A DNA stretch of 64,000 nucleotides from Octopus vulgaris. Taxonomy: Eukaryota. The notes below the pieces were generated by a model. The model had not been told where the DNA came from. It ran no database searches and was given only the letters and a program-made list of their open reading frames with translations. The DNA is taken from positions 29,140,001 to 29,204,000 of the forward strand of contig OX597814.1 of assembly GCA_951406725.2 (NCBI GenBank), in the 5' to 3' direction. A program made the position numbers and the translations under genes. This document shows, in pieces, positions 56,816 through 64,000 of the stretch (positions are counted from its first letter, which is position 1; each line of letters starts with the position of its first letter).

Positions 56816-57994
56816 TATCACACACACACAAACACACATGTTACTTATTTTTGTGAAGCAGCCGATGCTTTATACATAAAGTTTGGTCTAATGAAATAAC
56901 AGTGTTAAATTTAGCCATGTTTTATCTGTTATTACAAATCGAGGGACAAAGACGTATGTTTAGGTCTGTTTGGCGCCAGTATTCAATTAGAATGGCAATA
57001 AGCCAAATAGGCTAAGCATAGTCAACAAACTCGTGACGTAGAAATCGATGATTTATTGACATGTCTATAGACGTCTGTTTGCCCTTATCAAGACAACGGA
57101 TGAGTCGACTGGAACCTATTATATGGTCTGAAATCGAAGGCTTCTAGTTATGTTTGTTAAGACAAAGATGTAATTTGTTTGACTTAAATAATTTATAAAC
57201 AGTTGTGTCTGTATGTAGAACTTGAAATAAACTTTGAATGTAATTCATTTTATATATATAGTATTATAAACGTTCTTGTTATACATAGGTTGTGTTGATT
57301 TTATTTCTATTGTTGTTGTTTAACTTCAAGTCATTCTTGATGGAGGAGACCTGTTGTAAAGACGCTTTTGTCGTTACCATCGCATCTGTTTTCAAATATA
57401 TCAATGGTTTCGCTATCTAATGTGATCCTTCCGTTTTGTTTAAGGTGATAGTTTGTAATATGAAAAGGATTTGGCTGCTAAGCGCAACGGACGAAACATT
57501 GGCGTACAATGATGGCGACTTATAATTATACTCACTATAGCGTACTTTAGACATCTAGATGGACAAATAAAATTCAAAACATATAACAACGACGCTTCTA
57601 AATTCCAAAATCCTGCTTCAAGTCAAATGGTAAAGCAATTAAAGTATTGGGTAAATAGATCTCGAGATTTTGGTTCAAATTCACTAAAGCTTTAGCTCTT
57701 CGTCCCTTAGTCGGAGACAGAACGTTATCTGTTTCAGTTACCTGCGGTATTTAGACCAATATGTATGACAGAGGATTGTTAAGGATCATTTCCGAATAAA
57801 GATCATTTCCGATAAGGATCATTTTTGATAAGGATCATATATATCTAATGTAAATAAAAGACAGGCTTCTATATCACTGTTCTGTTTCTGTATATACTGA
57901 ACATCTATCAAAATCAACAAAAGTTACATAAAGATAATAATTTACTGGAACTGGACATGTAGATTAACGAATAACTAAACATGTGCATAATATA

Positions 57995-58211
57995 CAGTAA
58001 TCCCTCGACTATCGCGGGTGTTATGTTTCAAAACCCCACACGGTAGGTGAAAATTCGCGAAGTAGAAAAAGTACTGTATATTTTTGTTATTACTTTTGTA
58101 ATTTGTGTATATCTATTTTATTATAAATGCAAAACAACACCACAGAGGAATCGACGTAGGCTTAAATAATAAACCGCGATAGGTGAACCGCGATACGGTG
58201 AGGGATTACTG
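57995..58211. mobile_element. Tigger-like MITE
   Basis: TA|CAGTAATCCCTC...GAGGGATTACTG terminal inverted repeats. Confidence 0.8.
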
Positions 58212-59371
58212 AATATTTGATTAGATTTTGGTTTTCCAGTAGAATATCATGTACGCATATTCGACAAGGAAGATGTTTTTGAACTTACGGAAGACGAACT
58301 CTAATCTCTAATTAGGTACACTAATACAATTTTTAACCCTGTCAATAATTTTGACGTATTCTTTCACCTGTTTATATATTTTACAGTCTTTAAAATATTG
58401 AAGAAAAGAGTTGAAATTCATCCGCTGTAAATGTGTTCATGTATAAAAAACAAAATTGTTTGAAATTTTGTCGATGTATATAATATTGATAAATAGCAAT
58501 GTCTTAATCTCGGAACGATACTGTAAATTACAGTTTTAACTTCATAGATAATCAATCTGTTTCCCAGATTATATATTATTATCCTTCTTTTCCTCTTTCT
58601 GAGAGAAAATTCTATAGTTTTATGACCTTTCAAAAATCTATGAAAAAATTAGTTTCTATGGCACAATTGGCAATAAAACGGATGCGAATTTTTAATTAAT
58701 TAGCTTTTGTATGGGCGGAGTTTATTCATTCTCCGAGGAATTTTCCTGGACATGTTCGATATACACATACAGATACATACAACATACATATACCCAACCA
58801 ACCACCCACCTACACACACACACACACACACACACACATCTGTGAAGCACACACTGACCGACAACAGAATGTTACAGTCGAGTCTACTGTGTCTGACAAT
58901 ATATACCTAGGTTGCGAATGAAAGTGTAAAGGGGCCGTGGCCGTTTGCGTGGTGATCGTGTTTTTTTGGTTAATTTTCAATCATCATCAACCAATAAGCG
59001 ATACTTTGGCATGCAGCTGTCTTCAAGAATTTTGTGCTATTCATGTTCGCCTTCTCTTCGTTGCATGGTATGTCATTTCAGATCTTGCTAATGATTTTCT
59101 AAAAAATTAATATTATTAATATTTTTTAAAATACATTTCTTTATAGTACAGCTTATAGTATACTAGCTGCTGTTCAGTATCTCTCCGTATGATAATAAAC
59201 AAATACGACAATTATTATCGATTTTATCGTACATTTTTTAATATTGTGACCGTCACACTATTTCAATTGTTCGGAGTTTGGGTATCCGTTTATTAGAGGT
59301 TGCCACATCATTAGGAGAAACATGGTACATATATAAAATATTACAAGCGTTGCCTTAAAAAGTACTTAACT

Positions 59372-60079
59372 TGAACTGAAAAATGTGTACGCTCAAAAGG
59401 GTTATAGAATATCATAATAAAACTTTAAAAGTATGGGACTAGCATTGTTGCTCAAAAATATTGGAATCAGTATATTTTGTACATTCTGTAGCATCCTTTT
59501 TATTACAAGAAATTTCAATTCATCAAAATTAAGTTATATTAAAGATTAAGTTAAATTATCACGCAATAATTCAATCTATGAATGATAATTTTTTATAAAC
59601 TTACAAGAAATCAATAAAAAATAATTTAGTAATAATTTGTTTAATTCGCATAACTATTCCATTAATGTGTATCATAATGCGAATTAACTTTGCTTATAAT
59701 TATTTCCGTTTCGTACTTTCGCTATTATATAGATTCGACTTCATCATAAATCCATTTATTTTTATTATTATGGTAATTTGCATGCAGTGTGAAATATGTT
59801 GTTTTTTTTATATACTTTGGTATGAAGAGTATTATAACGAATTTACTTATTCGAAGTTAAAGATCATATTTTGTACATTTTCAAATTTTATATTAAGAAC
59901 ACGGTTTAATAATTATCGTAACATCGTAATTCACACATGAATCTCTTTTCGTTTTAAGATACCACAGAATGTACAACATATAGTGACACAAATTTTTGAG
60001 CAACAACGCTAGTCCCATACTTTTTAAGTTATATTACGACAGTCTGTAACCTTTTGATCGTGCGTATTTATCAATTCTA
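59372..60079. mobile_element. Probable MITE or foldback element with imperfect terminal inverted repeats of about 88 bp
   Basis: AAAAGTATGGGACTAGCATTGTTGCTCAAAAAT near 59430 is inverted relative to ATTTTTGAGCAACAACGCTAGTCCCATACTTTT near 59992. Confidence 0.65.
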
Positions 60080-60107
60080 GTATATATATATATATATATA
60101 TATGTAT

Positions 60108-60494
60108 TTACTCTTTACTCTCTTTTACTCTTTTACTTGTTTCAGTCATTTGACTGCGGCCATGCTGGAGCACCACCTTTTAGTACTTATTCTATCGGTC
60201 TCTTTTTGCCGAACCGCTAAGTGACGGGGACGTAAACACACCAGCATCGGTTGTCAAGCAATGCTAGGGGGACAGACACACAAACACACACATACAAACA
60301 TATATATATATATATATATATACATATATACGACAGGCTTCTTTCAGTTTCCGTCTACCAAATCCACTCACAAGGCATTGGTCGGCCCGGGGCTATAGCA
60401 GAAGACACTTGCCCAAGATGCCACGCAGTGGGACTGAACCCGCAACCGTGCGGTTGGTTAGCAAGCTACTTACCACACAGCCACTCCTGCGCCT
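60108..60494 (-). mobile_element. SINE S1
   Basis: S1 head and tail matches. Confidence 0.9.
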
Positions 60495-60761
60495 ATTGAT
60501 AAAAATGGTAAGACATTCCACTCAAAATCTTCAAATTGCAAACATATTTTATCATATATGTTTTGTAATTTGTATAGAGTGTGAATTGAAACAACTGTAG
60601 ACAATGATGATTATTTAATTAGTTGATTTTATCCATTATATCTCTCCATTTTCATGCTCAATAATATTTGATATATATAGAAATAATTGAGATTCAGTTG
60701 AATTAGGTACTTACGTTGAAGCACAAAGTCAGTGCGGTATTATCCGTACAACTCAAAGGTG

Positions 60762-60921
60762 AATAAGCAACAGGACATCAAGAGGTGATGCAGTACGACC
60801 GTTTCAAGCGGCTCCATTTAACTGAACAATGCAAACTAATGTAAAGATTGTATTGTTCAATTTAATGGGGTCACTTGAAACGGTCGTACCTCATCACCTC
60901 TTGATATCATGTTGCTTAATT
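60762..60921. repeat. Imperfect inverted repeat with arms of about 68 bp, each carrying GAAAC GGTC GTA
   Basis: About 60762-60830 is inverted relative to about 60852-60921. Confidence 0.8.
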
Positions 60922-60940
60922 TGACTATATATATATATAT

Positions 60941-61073
60941 GCTCCACTCGAAACGTTAAACCCTCCTTCTTTCCTTCTTTTCTTCTTTCCTGGGCGTCCA
61001 ATAATACTATACTTGTTCCACGTCCTCGCGTTGTTGTGTTTTCTCTTTGTGTTTTCATGTTTGGATTAACTTT
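60941..61073 (+). mobile_element. Family B element, 3' part starting inside HHR stem II
   Basis: GCTCCACTCGAAACGTTAAACCCTCC...GTTTGGATTAAC, between (TA)n tracts. Confidence 0.8.
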
Positions 61074-61076
61074 ATG

Positions 61077-61169
<93 letters not shown>

Positions 61170-61824
61170 TTTAACCTTTTTGTATGATAATATCTAACTG
61201 CAAAGAAAAAAATGCTCTCAAAATCTTGGACTTCTAATATTACTTCTACTATAAATAATAGTAATGATAATTAATTATCAAAAAGGCAGCACTCATTCGA
61301 AGTTTTATTTCTTCAAAATTTAACATTATCTTTTTTTCTTTTCAAAAAAAAAAGGAATATTTTATTTGTCAAAGAGCTCAGTAAGTTGACAGATGTGATT
61401 TTTAGTTTCATCCCTTCTACATTCTGAAAAAATTAAAAAAAAACGTGAACGATTATTTCTGCTTGGTTTTAAAAAATACATCAAAATCTGCTGTTTTTGA
61501 TAGAAAAATAACCAGGTTATTTCTACTACGTTTGGTAAATATGAAGAAGAAATCCCATTAAAAGCTCATCTATTGATAGAAAATCATTTATTGATAACCA
61601 TTTTTCATAGTAAAATCATGTATTTCTGCTGTCTTTGGTATGAAAAACAACAAACTATTTCTATTAGCTTTGGTAATGTAACATCATTTCTACCATCTTT
61701 TCAGTGGTGGTGGGTGGATAACAACATCTTTGTCTCACAATTTTTCGTAGAAAACCTCTTTCAAATCGTATTGGAAGTAAAAATAAGTGAACAAACATCT
61801 TTAAAATTGCACTTTCAAACCGTC

Positions 61825-61889
<65 letters not shown>

Positions 61890-61915
61890 CGTTCTTGTCC
61901 CATTATGTATTTTAT

Positions 61916-61946
<31 letters not shown>

Positions 61947-62399
61947 CCCTATATTATCTACTGGATAGTTTCGGATTAAGATAATAGGGTTTCCATTTCC
62001 AGCTAGGGTCGGTTCTGTTAAGAATAGGACTTATGAATCTTGATATGGTAATTTGATAATATGTTGAGCGTTCCAATAGAATTACCGTGTATTTCTTTTC
62101 TGTACCTAGCACAATCTACATGAAATAAGTTTCTACGCAACGTGGTCTTACTCGTGTTAGCTTGTGCAGACATGATATACTGATCTAGTCTGTGATCAGG
62201 TTTATTTTAATGAATTGTCAGAAGTACACACGCATGAACGTGCACTCATACATTTACACACCCACTTCTCTATCCCCCTCTCTCTCTCTCTTTCTCTCTT
62301 TCTCTCTCCTTCACACATGCGTTCACACTTACATCCATATAAAAATATAAATATAGAACCCTTAAACTAGTAGACAGACGGAGTGATAGATAGACAAAC

Positions 62400-63191
62400 C
62401 TGAAGTTGACCTGGAGTAGAGGAGATGTCATTGGTGGAGTCGCAAATGGCGACGAAAGACCTTTGAAAAATATAGCTGATTAATTAATTGACTGAACGAT
62501 TAATCAAACAATCGATTAGTTAATAGGTTAAGCAGTTAATAAATTAACAAATAATGAATAAAAGAAGTGAAACAGAACCAGTTCGTGTGTTCATTACTGG
62601 CGTAATGACCCTCTTGAGATTCAACAACTAACGAATTTGTTTCAACAGACGAGTTCACATCAAGAATCTTGCAAACCAAATACAACATGTAAAACCTCGT
62701 ATATCTACTTTTCAACATATTACTTTCATTGAATCAGAATAACAGATTACATTTGTATTTAACAGAAGAGAATTAATAGAAGGTGACATAGTACGACTGT
62801 TGTTATATCTCCAGTTGATGCTCTCTCAAAGTTGATTTCTCTGCGCCTTTGTAGACGATTGGAAAATCAAATTATCATCAGACACAATTTTTCCCCCCGA
62901 AAATATTGATTTCTTTACATTAGCCATCAGCCAAATGTTCTCAGAACACGTGTTATTATTGTTGGTTGAATCGATCGTCATTTGGCATATATTATGATAA
63001 CTCGATTGAAATAGAAGGACATGTCAACCTCTGAGCAATTTAAACAGGGAACGCAAAAGAAAGAAACCAAATGCTGTAACCACTTAAGTCCGGTGGTGCT
63101 CTGCCATTTCTAACATACCATTGTGCATTATGAGAAATGGTACTATCTACGTGATTGATCGATCTACTAGAAGTAGCAGTGAAATTTCTTT
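62400..63191 (-). CDS. Candidate cluster of short coding exons of an unidentified gene
   Basis: AG/GT-bounded open segments 63119-63191 (donor GTATGT), 62579-62667 and 62400-62460. The last two join in phase as ILDVNSSVETNSLVVESQEGHYASNEHTNW-SFVAICDSTNDISSTPGQLQ. Confidence 0.3.
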
Positions 63192-63424
63192 CTGAGTCGA
63201 TAAAATAATTTACAGATCAAGTCGTAGGGTCGAACCAATCGACTAATAATTGTCCCCAAATTTGTGAACTTGTCTATATTAGATCTTATTATTGGCTTCA
63301 AAACTTTGGCACAAGGCCAACAATTTGGGGGAGGAGTTAAGTCGATTTCATCGACCCCAATGCACAACAGATACTAATTTCAACGACCCTGAAAGGAGGA
63401 AAAGCAAAGTGAACCTCCGCTACT

Positions 63425-63561
63425 CCTCTAGCTTTATATGAATCCACGGGGGTCATTATATTCAAGCCAGGTGGTATTAGCTTTGACTCTCTACATCTAC
63501 ACAGGAAAGTTAGATGGTAAGACCAGCTAGTTTTTGATGGAGTTTCTCTATAAGTCTCCAT
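63425..63561 (-). pseudogene. Penelope-like ORF N-terminal fragment
   Basis: SWSYHLTFLCRCRESKLIPPGLNI matches the HxxFLxxCxxxxLIPxGL motif of PLE ORFs. Confidence 0.55.
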
Positions 63562-63667
63562 TGAAGTCTAATGTCGGCTCCGTGCCGATTAAATATTACA
63601 TAATTCTCATCTCTTAAATATAGAACGGAATATTAAAAGCGGTCCAAATTTTAGCAGCCGGCAAATT

Positions 63668-64000
63668 TATGAAGTTGAACGAATTGGGCGACGAAACTCT
63701 GCCTCATCCACCATACTCGTCAGACCTCTCGCCTACCGACTACCACTTTTTCAAGCATCTCGATAACTTCCTGCGTGAGAAATGCTCCAAAAACCAAGAC
63801 GTTGCCAAACACGCCTTCAACGACTTCATCGCCACCAGAACGCACGATTTTTACACTACTGGAATAAATGAACTTGTTTCGCGTTGACAAAAGTGTGTTG
63901 ATTCTGATGGTGTTTATTCTGATTAATAAAGTTTTGTTTGAGCCGAGATATGTGCATCTGAATTTAAAGGTTAAAAACCGCAAGAACTTTCTTGACAACT
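63668..64000 (+). mobile_element. Mariner transposase 3' fragment plus right TIR
   Basis: KLNELGDETLPHPPYSSDLSPTDYHFF...LVSR*QKCVDSDG contains the YSPDLAPxD motif and a premature stop. TIR-like AAAAACCGCAAGAACTTTCTTGACAACT lies at 63973-64000. Confidence 0.9.

Noticed and set aside
57055-57100. TTGATAA GGGC... resembling the family D HHR on the minus strand
   Set aside because: No GAAA and no stem I. The segment could equally be part of an exon, so it is unsupported either way.
57740-57845. Candidate minus-strand exon with CAG|GTAA donor and a 15-16-bp repeat (x4)
   Set aside because: Stops occur in all three frames from the nearest acceptor.

Overview
AT-rich, microsatellite-dense animal genomic DNA; the SINE repertoire suggests an octopod cephalopod (inference). 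I find no intact, identifiable protein-coding gene. Almost every ORF in the track is a microsatellite translation. The only candidate host-gene signal is a weak cluster of short minus-strand exons at about 62.4-63.2 kb. The window is a graveyard of mobile DNA: a SINE-interrupted Tc1 element, mariner and pogo/Tigger fragments, MITEs, R4/Dong-, RTE- and CR1-like LINE ends, Penelope-like remnants and at least four tRNA-derived SINE families. Family letters (A-D, S1-S4) are my own labels. The main hidden signal is about 14 type I hammerhead-ribozyme (HHR) motifs from several families, folded by eye. Most lie in short non-coding elements inserted in (TA)n tracts, arranged as tandem repeats, circular permutations or palindromes. 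The best case is a near-identical 547-bp tandem dimer (52953-54085) with one HHR per unit, which is a retrozyme-like architecture that could release a 547-nt circularisable RNA. Divergent relatives lie at 9.5-10 kb and 41.9-42.3 kb. No folding program, database search or cleavage assay was run.
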